Positions 45,480 to 55,025 of a stretch of DNA of 64,000 nucleotides are shown in pieces. The notes beneath the pieces were generated by a model. That model did not search any database. It was not told the DNA's origin and worked only from the letters and a program-made list of their open reading frames with translations. The stretch is from an uncultured Candidatus Saccharibacteria bacterium (GTDB taxonomy: Bacteria; Patescibacteriota; Minisyncoccia; Phycocordibacterales; UBA918). The stretch is from contig CAYXYJ010000003.1 in NCBI GenBank assembly GCA_964469295.1, forward strand, positions 12,595 through 76,594, given 5' to 3'. Each line of letters begins with the position of its first letter. Positions within the stretch are counted from its first letter, which is position 1. The position numbers and the translations under genes are program-made.

Positions 45480-47209
45480 TACACGATGTGAGAAAAAAAG
45501 TCGTCATCATGGTCATCGCTTTTTGTATCCGTCACGACGCGCCGACTTTGATTAACATCAACAACCCGTTCCAATTCGTCAAACGTCGTCAGGCCAGATA
45601 ATACTTTAATTAATCCATCTTGAAGCATGGTGGGAATATGTTGTGGCAAGGCTGCGTCAAGTATCATGTGTTCTCGTGGGTCACGAATGACAATGTCTTC
45701 CACTCGATCATCCATCGCAATAGCTTCAAATACGCCGACCCGACCAGAAAATCCAGTATGACCACACGCATCACAACCGACACTGTCGTACACCACCGTA
45801 TGACCATCTATTGTTACTGGCTCGGGGTAAGAACTCAGTGCTTTTTTTGCCATGGTAATTTCTTCGGTTGAAATTACTCGGGGTTTTTTACAGTGTTCAC
45901 AGAGAACGCGAACCAAACGTTGCCCTAACATAATATTAAGTGAACTACTAATAATACGAGGGTCAACGCCTAAATCAATTAAGCGAGGGAATCCACCGGC
46001 GGCGCTGTTGGTGTGGAGGGTAGAGAAGACAAGGTGTCCCGTTTGAGCGGCGTGAATCGCCGTTTCCGCTACTTCACGATCACGGATTTCGCCAATCATA
46101 ATGATATCGGGGTCTTGACGTAAAATCGCTCGCAAGCCTGACGCAAAAGAATAATCTGGACCGGTTTGGGTTTGTACAATACCATCAAGTTTATATTCAA
46201 CCGGGTTTTCAATCGTAATGATTTTTTTCTCACTATCATGTACCGCCCGTAAAAAGGCATACAGCGCAGTGGTTTTTCCGGAACCAGTTGGGCCGGTGGT
46301 AATAATGAGTCCGTTTGGACGTTTTAACTCTTGTTCCATTCTGGCCCGTAAAAACGGATTAAGGGCCAGTTTATCCATACTGAAACTGGCTACTCCCGGA
46401 TCAAGTAATCGCATAACGATTGATTCGCCGACAGCGCCCGGAATGATTGAACTACGTACTTCAATGGCTCGTTCGCCAAACACAAATTCAAACCGACCAT
46501 CCTGGGCTTCTTTCCGTTCGTTTAGCCGCATGCCCGACAGTAATTTCAAACGTGACATCAAGCGACCGTACAAATGATTGTCAATAGTGGCGACATCTAA
46601 AAGCACACCATCAAGACGATATCGTAAACGAATATGTTGTTCGGTTGGTTCAATATGAATATCTGAAGCACGCAACGCGAGGGCTCCGGCAAACATCAGT
46701 TCGAGAGTTTCGGAAATGCGGCGCGGACTATTAATGCGTGATACCGTATCAATAGCGGTGGCGACATCCTCGATGTTTTCCATGGTATGTGCGCGTCGCA
46801 AAATATCATCAGGATTGATATCCAATACCCCTTTTTTGCTTGCGGTGGTGGTTTTTTGGTCAGCATATCGGGCCAATCCGTGATCAATACTGGCGGTAGA
46901 GGCGATGTGGGGTAGCACGGTAAAGCCCTTTTTTTCTAGGAGCGCCAAGGCGGCTTTGGTAGCAGTATCATTCGGGCGATTAACTGCTACTGACAAAGTA
47001 TTCCGCATTAACGCAAAGGCCACCAGCCGTGATTCTTTGGCAGTTCGTTCAGGAATTTTCATGAGTGCTTCGGGATTGATGGTGACACCAAATAAATTGA
47101 CATACGGAATCCCGTACTGTGGTGCCAGGGCACGCAAATATTCTTCTTCGCCCCGTTTTCGTAAATCAGCGATGTGCGAAAGAGCGTTTGTATCATTAAA
47201 ATCTACCAT
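45479..47209 (-). CDS. Type II/IV secretion system ATPase GspE/PilB family
   Basis: N-terminal T2SSE_N-like domain, Walker A GPTGSGKTT, Asp box, Walker B, and a CxxC...CxxC tetracysteine motif (CEHCK...CDACGHTG); 576 aa. No other pil or gsp genes adjacent. Confidence 0.85.
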   Translation of the reverse strand: MVDFNDTNALSHIADLRKRGEEEYLRALAPQYGIPYVNLFGVTINPEALMKIPERTAKESRLVAFALMRNTLSVAVNRPNDTATKAALALLEKKGFTVLPHIASTASIDHGLARYADQKTTTASKKGVLDINPDDILRRAHTMENIEDVATAIDTVSRINSPRRISETLELMFAGALALRASDIHIEPTEQHIRLRYRLDGVLLDVATIDNHLYGRLMSRLKLLSGMRLNERKEAQDGRFEFVFGERAIEVRSSIIPGAVGESIVMRLLDPGVASFSMDKLALNPFLRARMEQELKRPNGLIITTGPTGSGKTTALYAFLRAVHDSEKKIITIENPVEYKLDGIVQTQTGPDYSFASGLRAILRQDPDIIMIGEIRDREVAETAIHAAQTGHLVFSTLHTNSAAGGFPRLIDLGVDPRIISSSLNIMLGQRLVRVLCEHCKKPRVISTEEITMAKKALSSYPEPVTIDGHTVVYDSVGCDACGHTGFSGRVGVFEAIAMDDRVEDIVIRDPREHMILDAALPQHIPTMLQDGLIKVLSGLTTFDELERVVDVNQSRRVVTDTKSDDHDDDFFSHIV

Positions 47210-47297
47210 AGCTGAGGCTATTGTAGCACCAACTCACGAGACCGTGGTACGGGTAAAGGGGAATCCTCGCACTTTTTTGGGGTGGTGTTACAATGCG

Positions 47298-47750
47298 ATG
47301 GTAATGGAATGGACAATTACGACACCGGAAGAGTTATCGACGGTGGTTAACACCGTGTTAGCGACAGCGACGACTAATGGTGAATCAAATAAAGCGACGG
47401 TCATTGCCTTAGCTGGCGATTTGGGTGCTGGAAAAACCACGTTTGTAAAAATGCTCGCACAGCAGTTGGGGGTGACTGATACGGTAACCAGTCCGACGTT
47501 TGTCGTAATGAAACAATACGAAACACCGTCACCACAATTTTCACATCTCGTTCATATGGATGCGTATCGAATCACTGATCAAGCGGAATTACTACCACTC
47601 CATTTTGCCGCACTCCTTGATCAACCCCAGACGCTCGTGTGTATCGAATGGGCGGAATTGATTGCAGAGGCGTTGCCAGCATCGTATCATCGAATACATA
47701 TCGACACGGTATCAGACACCGTCCGTCACGTTACCTATGAGTCACAATAA
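47298..47750 (+). CDS. tsaE: tRNA threonylcarbamoyladenosine biosynthesis protein TsaE
   Basis: VIALAGDLGAGKTTFVKMLAQQLGV...SPTF is the TsaE/YjeE P-loop signature. The ORF-track start at 46905 is an antisense read-through of pilB. Start placed at ATG 47298 (MVMEW...). Confidence 0.8.
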   Translation: MVMEWTITTPEELSTVVNTVLATATTNGESNKATVIALAGDLGAGKTTFVKMLAQQLGVTDTVTSPTFVVMKQYETPSPQFSHLVHMDAYRITDQAELLPLHFAALLDQPQTLVCIEWAELIAEALPASYHRIHIDTVSDTVRHVTYESQ

Positions 47751-50142
47751 AAAAACCGAAGAAACACTAGTGTTATTGGATACACATGCCATTTTACATC
47801 GGGCGTACCATGCCTTGCCTGATTTTACGTCGCCAACCGGCGAACCGACTGGTGCTTTATATGGAGTGGTGACGATGTTGTTGCGTATTATTGAAGAATT
47901 TTCACCGACGTATATTGCTGCTTGTTATGATTTGCCTGAACCGACTTATCGACACACCGTCTACGAAGCCTATAAAGGAACGCGGAGTAAAACCGACGAG
48001 GCGCTAGTGATGCAAATCAAACGTTCCTATGACATCATCCGGGCGTTCGGTATCCCGGTGTACGAAATGCCTGGTTTTGAAGCTGATGATATACTCGGCA
48101 CAATTGCGGCGGTGACCAAATCTACTCCCGCCTTACGGGTGGTGATCGCCTCTGGTGATATGGATACGTTACAGTGTGTCGACAAAAATCGCGTGGTCGT
48201 ATTTACGTTGAAAAAGGGTATTAAAGACACCGTTGTCTATAACGAACAGGCGGTGATCGAACGATTTGGTTTTGGGCCAGCGCTCGTTCCCGATTACAAA
48301 GGACTTCGCGGTGATGTATCAGATAATATTGTCGGAGTGAAAGGTATTGGTGAGAAAACGGCTACAGAGTTATTAATCAAGTTTGGTTCGCTCGATACCC
48401 TCTATCAAACACTAAAAAAACATCCCGAGAAATTAACCGCCGCTGGTATCAAAGCGCGCATTATTGAATTATTAACGGTGCATGAAGATGAGGCCTTGTT
48501 TTCAAAAATGTTAGCGACGATTCGTACGGATGCGCCAATTGAATGGTCGTTGACTCGCGCTAAATGGCAAGAAACCGCGGATATGACCACCATTCAAAAA
48601 ATTTTTACCGAGCTTGGGTTCCGGTCGGTATTATCACGAGTATTGCAGTTGTTTGAGGGGGCGCCGTTGCTTGAGAATAATGATGTTCCACCGCACGAGT
48701 CCGTGCCAGCGTATGATGAAACACAAATAAAACGAGCAGCGTTATTGTTGTGGCTACTTGAAAGTGAACGAACCAATCCATCAATAGACGATATTATCGA
48801 ATACGGTCGAGCGTATTATAAAACCACTGATCTCGATAAAATTATTATCCACTTGGAAAAGGCATTAAAAGAGCAGGGTATGTGGTCAGTATTTACTGAT
48901 ATTGAAGAACCGCTGATGCCAGTGCTTCAGACAATGTCTGCGGTTGGTATGTGTCTTGATAGTGCGTATTTGGCGTCTCTGTCAAAAACTATGCACAGCG
49001 AGTTGCGGACACTCGAAACAACTATCTATGCGTTAGCGGGTGTGGAATTTAATATTAATTCACCAAAACAACTAGGCAATGTAATTTTTGATACGTTGGG
49101 CTTAAAACCAAAAAATCAGAAAAAAACGGCGGGTGGGCAACGGTCAACCAAAGAATCAGAATTGGAAAAAATGCGTGAGGATCATCCGATTATTCCCGCC
49201 ATTATGCGGTATCGTGAATTGCAAAAACTAGTATCAACGTACATTGATAATTTACCTACTTTTGTCGCGAGTGATGGGCGGTTACATACCACATTTATTC
49301 AAACCGGCGCGGCGACGGGGCGCATGGCGACAGAAAAACCCGGATTGCAAAATATCCCAGTTCGTACCGAAGAAAGTCGCGCCATTCGCCGCGCCTTTAT
49401 CGCCAGTCCCGGGTACACGTTAGTATCAATTGATTATTCACAAATTGAATTACGAGTAGCGGCAATATTAGCGCATGATGAACATTTAATTGATATTTTT
49501 AAACGGCAAGAAGATGTTCATACCGGAGTGGCGGTGCGAGTATTTGGTGTACCGCCAACAGAAGTGACCAAAGAGATGCGGCGGAAAGCCAAGGTGATTA
49601 ATTTTGGCATTTTGTACGGTATGGGCGTCAATGCCCTGCGTGGTAATTTGGGGGCAGATACTCCTCGTGAAGAAGCACAACAATTTTATACTGCGTACTT
49701 TAACACGTTTACCCGTTTAGCGACGTATTTGGAAGAAACTAAAGAATTTGCCAGACAACAGGGCTATACCGAAACGTTATTTGGTCGGCGTCGATTATTC
49801 CCCGGTATTAATTCTGGCGCGCCGTTTATTCGGGCAATGGCCGAACGGATGGCTATTAATGCACCGGTGCAAGGAACGGCGGCTGATATGATGCGTATTG
49901 CCATGGTTCGTATTGCTACCCGGTTGGCAAACGAAAACAGTACCAACACAGTCCGAATGGTATTACAAGTGCACGATGAATTATTATTTGAAATAAAAAC
50001 TGAAAATTTAGACAAAGCCATTCCGGCTTTGGTTCATGATATGGAAACGGTACTCGATGGATACGAAACGTACGGGGTGCCAATATCAGTTGAGGTTGCT
50101 ACGGGTAAAAATTGGGGAGAGTTAGAACCATATAAAAAATAA
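47737..50142 (+). CDS. polA: DNA polymerase I
   Basis: 5'-3' exonuclease domain (LVLLDTHAILHRAYHA...), central domain, polymerase motifs A (LVSIDYSQIELR), B (RRKAKVINFGILYG) and C (VHDE). Start set at ATG 47737 (MSHNKK...), overlapping the tsaE stop. Confidence 0.95.
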   Translation: MSHNKKTEETLVLLDTHAILHRAYHALPDFTSPTGEPTGALYGVVTMLLRIIEEFSPTYIAACYDLPEPTYRHTVYEAYKGTRSKTDEALVMQIKRSYDIIRAFGIPVYEMPGFEADDILGTIAAVTKSTPALRVVIASGDMDTLQCVDKNRVVVFTLKKGIKDTVVYNEQAVIERFGFGPALVPDYKGLRGDVSDNIVGVKGIGEKTATELLIKFGSLDTLYQTLKKHPEKLTAAGIKARIIELLTVHEDEALFSKMLATIRTDAPIEWSLTRAKWQETADMTTIQKIFTELGFRSVLSRVLQLFEGAPLLENNDVPPHESVPAYDETQIKRAALLLWLLESERTNPSIDDIIEYGRAYYKTTDLDKIIIHLEKALKEQGMWSVFTDIEEPLMPVLQTMSAVGMCLDSAYLASLSKTMHSELRTLETTIYALAGVEFNINSPKQLGNVIFDTLGLKPKNQKKTAGGQRSTKESELEKMREDHPIIPAIMRYRELQKLVSTYIDNLPTFVASDGRLHTTFIQTGAATGRMATEKPGLQNIPVRTEESRAIRRAFIASPGYTLVSIDYSQIELRVAAILAHDEHLIDIFKRQEDVHTGVAVRVFGVPPTEVTKEMRRKAKVINFGILYGMGVNALRGNLGADTPREEAQQFYTAYFNTFTRLATYLEETKEFARQQGYTETLFGRRRLFPGINSGAPFIRAMAERMAINAPVQGTAADMMRIAMVRIATRLANENSTNTVRMVLQVHDELLFEIKTENLDKAIPALVHDMETVLDGYETYGVPISVEVATGKNWGELEPYKK

Positions 50143-50147
50143 TCAAA

Positions 50148-50206
50148 GAACGCCGCCGGGCTTGCCCGGCGGCGTTCGCAGCATCACGCCATGGCGTGAT
50201 GCTGCG
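50148..50206. terminator. Two adjacent palindromic hairpins (gaacgccgccgggc-ttg-cccggcggcgttc; cgcagcatcacgcc-atg-gcgtgatgctgcg)
   Basis: The first follows the polA stop. The second overlaps the stop of the minus-strand receiver-like gene. Convergent terminators. Confidence 0.7.
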
Positions 50207-50564
50207 AAATGAGTGATTCGATGATTTCGGTCGTCCAGATGTCACCCTGGAAAAACGTCGCAAACGCGTAATGCACCTGTATCGAAATGGGAATTTGCCA
50301 GCAGTGACATTTGCGGTCCTCGCAAATGTAGTCCGATGGTTGGTGATGACGAATCACCACCAGAGGTTTTTCGTCAAATTCATCACGAACGGCAACCAGA
50401 AATTTTCTGGCCCAGTTGTTTTTCACTTGGGCGTCTGCGAGGACGATATCGAAATTTTCGTTCCCGAGCATTTCGAGACCCTCGTCGTAGGTTTGCACCC
50501 TGGTGATGTCGCCATTCTTGATTACTGGCGACAGTTGCAGTGATACCAATAGGATTTTTGTCAT
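50184..50564 (-). CDS. Orphan CheY-like receiver-domain protein (degenerate)
   Basis: MTKILLVSLQ...FDIVLADAQV...PLVVIR follows receiver beta-alpha order, but the usual acidic pair after beta1 is replaced (SLQ). No kinase nearby. Confidence 0.35.
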   Translation of the reverse strand: MTKILLVSLQLSPVIKNGDITRVQTYDEGLEMLGNENFDIVLADAQVKNNWARKFLVAVRDEFDEKPLVVIRHHQPSDYICEDRKCHCWQIPISIQVHYAFATFFQGDIWTTEIIESLISQHHAMA

Positions 50565-50630
50565 CCTGATCTCCTTTTTTGAGCTGTCCGTCCGCTACCT
50601 TACTGCTTAGTACTGTCTCTGTCAACCAAA

Positions 50631-51365
50631 TTGGTGCACACCCTCTGGTATACTACACCCATGATTACCGTTTTTTACGGCACTGATACCCTTACCATTC
50701 GACAAGCGGCCAGAGACCGGCTCGCGACATTAGTTGACCAAGGGTATCAAATGGAACAATTTTCTGATGATGTACCCACAACGGCGGATATTGCTCGAAT
50801 GGTGGGATCGGTATCGTTATTTGGTGCCGCCTCAGTCTATTTGCTTGATCAGCCATCAGACAGTGAGGAATTCTGGGAAGCGATATTAGCATCAGTAACC
50901 GATTTACTTCACAGTTCTAACCATCTCATTATTATTGAGAGAGGATTACTGGCTCCCGCAAAAAAGAAATTAGGGATACCTGGCGTAGAGATGCACGAAT
51001 GTATGGCAACAGTAGCTAAGAGTAGCTTTGACCCGTTTTTGATTAATGACGCCTTGCTCGCCAAAGATAAAAAATCATTATGGGTATTGTTACAGCGAGC
51101 GCGCCTACAGGGAATTCCGGTTGAAGAAACGATTGGAATTTTGTGGTGGCAGTTAAAATCGTTGCGACTGGTAGCTATGTCCGCATCTGCGGCCATGGCT
51201 GGCATGAAATCGTATCCGTATGATAAAACCAAGAGATCATTGCGGAATTTCAAACCAGGTGAAGTCGAGTCGTTATCACGAACGTTGTTACGGGTCTATC
51301 ACGATGGTCGGGGCGGAGTAAAAGATATCGACAATGCTCTGGAAGAGTGGGTGTTACAGGCATAG
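50631..51365 (+). CDS. holA: DNA polymerase III delta subunit-like (HolA), short form
   Basis: ITVFYGTDTLTIRQAARD... and overall pattern resemble HolA clamp-loader delta. Possible alternative start at 50661. Confidence 0.5.
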   Translation: MVHTLWYTTPMITVFYGTDTLTIRQAARDRLATLVDQGYQMEQFSDDVPTTADIARMVGSVSLFGAASVYLLDQPSDSEEFWEAILASVTDLLHSSNHLIIIERGLLAPAKKKLGIPGVEMHECMATVAKSSFDPFLINDALLAKDKKSLWVLLQRARLQGIPVEETIGILWWQLKSLRLVAMSASAAMAGMKSYPYDKTKRSLRNFKPGEVESLSRTLLRVYHDGRGGVKDIDNALEEWVLQA

Positions 51366-51417
51366 TTGATTTCTTCGGTAAAATACAAGTTTACTCGCTT
51401 GAGTCGTTCGTAAAGTA

Positions 51418-51460
51418 AAACAAAAACTCTATGACAACATTTGTCGTAGAGTTTTTGTTT
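51418..51460. terminator. Bidirectional terminator aaacaaaaactctatgacaa-cat-ttgtcgtagagtttttgttt
   Basis: A near-perfect 20-bp palindrome between holA (+) and tRNA-Lys (-). Confidence 0.7.
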
Positions 51461-51461
51461 G

Positions 51462-51537
51462 TGGTGCGCCCACCAGGGATCGAACCTGGGACCTTCTCCT
51501 TAAAAGGGAGCTGCTCTACCGGCTGAGCTATAGGCGC
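51462..51537 (-). tRNA. tRNA-Lys (anticodon TTT) with encoded CCA
   Basis: The reverse complement reads GCGCCTATAGCTCAGCCGGTAGAGCAGCTCC-CTTTTAA-GGAG...GGTTCGATCCCTGG-TGGGCGC-ACCA. Confidence 0.9.
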
Positions 51538-51648
51538 ATAAATTCCGTGCGAGCACTATACCATATGACACATATTAATCAACTCGTATCTGGTTGGCGA
51601 GAATTGTTGATGCTAGTGATGCTGTTGTTATTTTGGTACCATACCGCA

Positions 51649-52119
51649 ATGCGATATCTCATGCTTGATAATATTCGGAGTGCTCATAACGTAGGTTCAA
51701 TTTTTAGGACGGCTGATGCTGCCGGAGTCAGTAAAATTTTTCTCATCGGCACCACTCCGTGTCCGCGTGATCGGTTTGGTCGGCCGGTGGCAGAAATTGA
51801 AAAGACGTCTCTTGGTGCCACCAAGACTGTGCTCTGGGAATACCACGCAGTGCCTACGACGGTGATGGCACAGTTACAAAAAGAGAACGTGGCGGTGGTA
51901 TCAATCGAGCAAACGCCACAAAGTATATCTCTGTACACGTATGTACCGCCCGTTGCGGTGTGTTACGTTCTTGGTAATGAGGTTACTGGTGTGTCCAAGG
52001 AAATTATTGCCGCGTCAACAGTTGTGGTGGAAATTCCCATGTATGGTCATAAAGAATCATTAAATGTGTCTGTGGCGGCCGGTATTGTGTTGTTTTGTAA
52101 TCGCTCGGCGGTGGCGTAA
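51649..52119 (+). CDS. SpoU/TrmH-family RNA 2'-O-methyltransferase
   Basis: LDNIRSAHNVGSIFRTADAAGV...YVLGNEVTGVS...IPMYG...SLNVSVAAGIVLF are SPOUT motifs. The track start (51547) overlaps tRNA-Lys, so start is placed at ATG 51649. Confidence 0.75.
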   Translation: MRYLMLDNIRSAHNVGSIFRTADAAGVSKIFLIGTTPCPRDRFGRPVAEIEKTSLGATKTVLWEYHAVPTTVMAQLQKENVAVVSIEQTPQSISLYTYVPPVAVCYVLGNEVTGVSKEIIAASTVVVEIPMYGHKESLNVSVAAGIVLFCNRSAVA

Positions 52120-52121
52120 AC

Positions 52122-52154
52122 ACGAGCGGGCGGGGCTACGCCCCGCCCGCTCGT
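52122..52154. terminator. GC-rich palindrome acgagcgggcgggg-ctac-gccccgcccgctcgt
   Basis: A perfect 14-bp stem between convergent trmH-like and Mur ligase genes. Member of the gggcgg/ccgccc palindrome family. Confidence 0.75.
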
Positions 52155-52159
52155 AGGTC

Positions 52160-53434
52160 TTACCCTAATTCAGCCAAGATTTCTTTTGCCACTGCAGCGT
52201 CACTCCAAGGGATTTTGGAATTATTGGCCCCCATAATATACGGATCAGTACCTTTCCCGGTGATAAGGACATACCCACCATCAGGAACCATTTCGACTGC
52301 TTGTTTAATTGCCTCACGACGATCCATGATGATATCGAGTTTACTCTTATCTTCGATTCCTTTCGCCATTTGTTCAACGATTTGCCGCGGGTTTTCATCA
52401 TATGGATCTTCGTTGGTGAGGATAATATGGTCACAATATTGTTCGGCAATGTGAGCCATTTCGGGACGCTTCCAGCTGTCTCGACCGCCGCCACAATTAC
52501 CAAGGACACACACTTTTGGTCCCTGCGGAAACGCTTGATAAAACTGGGTTAACGAATCTGGGGTATGCGCGTAATCAACCACGGCGGTGACGTGTTTTTG
52601 GGCTGTCTCACTCGTATAAAAATGTTCTACCCGACCGTGAATTGGTGGCAGATTACGCAAGGCTCGTTCGATGGTTTTCATCGGTATACCGTACGCGGTG
52701 GCAATGGTCACTGCCGCCAGAGCGTTATAGACATTAAATAATCCAACGAGCGGGACCCGGATAGTGGTACCGTCAATCACAAACGTCACACTGTCTTTGT
52801 GTAGTGAATGTAATGAGAGTCGCCCCAAATGATACGGTAGTTTCTGTTCAACCGGGAAGTCGAGGAAGTCTTGACCGTGCTCATTATCAGTATTGGCAAC
52901 AATATACCGTGGACGCTTTTTAGATACCGCCACGGCTTCGGCAAGACGTAATTTACAGGCTTTATAATTCGCAAATGAACCATGTGATTCGATGTGTTCG
53001 GGACTGAGATTGGTAAATACCAAGGCATCAAAATCAATAAATTTGTGCCGAAATTGTCTGGCTCCTTCGGAGGTCATTTCGAGGATGGCATATTGGCACC
53101 CGGCATCGACCGCTTGGCGCAAAAACCGTTGCACAAAAAATCGTCCGGGCGTCGTCATCTTGTAGAGGTTACGTTCGTGGGTATCGCCAATACAAAATTG
53201 AATAGTTGAAAGCGAGGCCACAAACGCGCCACTTTCACGGAAAATGTGAGCGATGAGTTCGGTGGTGGTTGATTTGCCTTTGGTGCCAGTAACAGCAATC
53301 ACTGTGATGTGCCGACTTGGGTGGCGGTAGAGAGTCGCACCCAACCACGCCAAACTATAATGATAGCCCGGCCGCAACAGCTTCAATACGCCTTTTGGGA
53401 GGACTTTTTTTACGTAGTACAAAATCGAATCCAT
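52160..53434 (-). CDS. Mur ligase family protein, probable UDP-MurNAc-tripeptide synthetase (MurE-like)
   Basis: P-loop AVTGTKGKSTT, Mur ligase middle-domain motifs, and C-terminal DHIILTNEDP; 424 aa. Shorter than typical MurE. Confidence 0.6.
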   Translation of the reverse strand: MDSILYYVKKVLPKGVLKLLRPGYHYSLAWLGATLYRHPSRHITVIAVTGTKGKSTTTELIAHIFRESGAFVASLSTIQFCIGDTHERNLYKMTTPGRFFVQRFLRQAVDAGCQYAILEMTSEGARQFRHKFIDFDALVFTNLSPEHIESHGSFANYKACKLRLAEAVAVSKKRPRYIVANTDNEHGQDFLDFPVEQKLPYHLGRLSLHSLHKDSVTFVIDGTTIRVPLVGLFNVYNALAAVTIATAYGIPMKTIERALRNLPPIHGRVEHFYTSETAQKHVTAVVDYAHTPDSLTQFYQAFPQGPKVCVLGNCGGGRDSWKRPEMAHIAEQYCDHIILTNEDPYDENPRQIVEQMAKGIEDKSKLDIIMDRREAIKQAVEMVPDGGYVLITGKGTDPYIMGANNSKIPWSDAAVAKEILAELG

Positions 53435-53593
53435 ATTTATATTTTATATATAGTATACGCGTAATTATGCGTGCGGTCACGTCGGTGGTGAAAATTGGTC
53501 ATGATTAAGGAATCAGTGTTAAAGTACACTCGTAAAAACCAAAAACCTGCATCATTGCTGACGCAGGTGGTGGGTGGGGGCTAGCCCCCACCC

Positions 53594-53941
53594 TTAGTTC
53601 GTGGTCGTTGCCGGTTTCGGAAGCAGGTCGGGAACCGGTTCGTAGACGTCGAACCGGAAGCCGTCGCGGGTGGTTTGTCCAGCGAGGCGGAAGGTAGCAA
53701 TCCTCCCGTCTGCCATCGACCCGCGAGTCGGCGGCAGGGTAATGTTTCCGCAGACGTCGGCGACGACCGGGATTTCGATCAGATCGAAATTGGGGAAGGT
53801 ATCGCCAGCCGGGGCGAGAAAGGTGTACTCGGCCGGCTCGTTCCAGGTGCAAGCGGCGCTGTCCGCGAGGGTCAGCGCCGCGGCGGTTTCGGTGCTGATG
53901 GTCGCAGCCATGAGCACCGTGGTCAGAAGCAGATGCTTCAT
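53594..53941 (-). CDS. Small secreted hypothetical protein in a GC-rich (~62-65%) island
   Basis: MKHLLLTTVLMAATISTETAAALTLA is a signal peptide. GGAGG RBS 5 nt upstream of ATG (53939-53941). Terminator hairpin gggtggggg-ctag-cccccaccc at 53564-53587. Surrounding DNA is ~35-45% GC. Two conserved Cys. Confidence 0.55.
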   Translation of the reverse strand: MKHLLLTTVLMAATISTETAAALTLADSAACTWNEPAEYTFLAPAGDTFPNFDLIEIPVVADVCGNITLPPTRGSMADGRIATFRLAGQTTRDGFRFDVYEPVPDLLPKPATTTN

Positions 53942-54050
53942 TTGGTCCTCCAAGAGCTCGCTAGACCATCGCGGACACCACAGGTGTGGGCCGGACTAGC
54001 GATTGAACATATTATATACCATATCCTAGACATTTTGTAAAGTACCTTGT

Positions 54051-55025
54051 TTGGTGTGCATAAATATGGCGATATTTTACGCCGTAATTTCGTATACTTA
54101 CGGTATGGATATCGATACATCAGACGCAGTGATTTATGAAAAGAAACAGCTCCCTAAAGGGGTAAAAAAATGGGGATTTATTATCATTTGTACCGTTGGA
54201 GTAGTCGCTGCGTTGTGGTATGGCTGGCGGTGGAATAGCGAACGGGAAATCACCGCTTTGCAGGAAGGTCTCTCACTGGTTGAAGTACCCCCAGAGATGA
54301 TTCACCAGCAACCGGTAGGATATTTGGTGTATGAAGCACCGGATAATTTTTTACCTAAATCACTGGCCGAGCAATTTAACATGATGCCGGGTGAAACTAC
54401 GAACCTAGCGAGTGAAGACGATGAAGAATTGTCTCTCGTGCGTGATAATGACGATGCTCCAATAATTGCGAAAACTACTCCTGAATTGCCAAAACTGTGG
54501 TGGATGCGTGATATCCGTAACAATCTCGATATTCAGGTTGCTGCTGACGACGTCCGGCTAGAAACAACCAATAATTGGTCTATTGAAAATGGTGCCGTGA
54601 TGCGTCGTAACGATGACGGCACGGTGGCGTCGTATGTGCGCGAGGGCGACAATACGCCATTGACGCACTCACTCATCACATCCTCATATGATGAGAGTTA
54701 TATATTTGTAGCCAATCAGCAAATGAATACGCTTACGGTGTATGCGGTGGATCCAGAAAGACCACTCTTGCCGTTGGTCTATACGACGACAGTCGCGCAT
54801 GGCGATATTGTATCAATAACAACCGCACCGGATTTAAATCGGGTAGTCATCGTCACGACCAATAAAATCGGCACTTTCCTTTCGTATTATGATGCGTACA
54901 GCGATCGGGTGATTAAACAAGAACAGTTAGCAGATATGGCCACTCCGGTGACATTATTGGATTGGGTAACAATTAATCCTGTCGCTTCAGATTTACTTGA
55001 AGTAATTGAAGTGGAAGGAAATTAA
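54051..55025 (+). CDS. N-terminally TM-anchored extracytoplasmic beta-rich protein (hypothetical), module copy 1
   Basis: KWGFIIICTVGVVAALWYGW is an anchor. Stop overlaps the start of the giant gene (TAATG), indicating translational coupling. Confidence 0.45.
   Translation: MVCINMAIFYAVISYTYGMDIDTSDAVIYEKKQLPKGVKKWGFIIICTVGVVAALWYGWRWNSEREITALQEGLSLVEVPPEMIHQQPVGYLVYEAPDNFLPKSLAEQFNMMPGETTNLASEDDEELSLVRDNDDAPIIAKTTPELPKLWWMRDIRNNLDIQVAADDVRLETTNNWSIENGAVMRRNDDGTVASYVREGDNTPLTHSLITSSYDESYIFVANQQMNTLTVYAVDPERPLLPLVYTTTVAHGDIVSITTAPDLNRVVIVTTNKIGTFLSYYDAYSDRVIKQEQLADMATPVTLLDWVTINPVASDLLEVIEVEGN

Noticed and set aside
46905-47297. 5' part of the 281-aa plus-strand ORF overlapping pilB
   Set aside because: It is antisense read-through of the pilB gene. 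Only the portion from ATG 47298 (TsaE P-loop protein) is a real gene.
53670-54040. Plus-strand ORFs 53670..53999 and 53675..54040 (Arg/Gly-rich) in the GC-rich island
   Set aside because: High GC opens all six frames. These lack an RBS, a start context or a recognisable signal peptide. The minus-strand frame has all three, so they were judged artefacts (same logic for 57919..58299 and 58079..58459).
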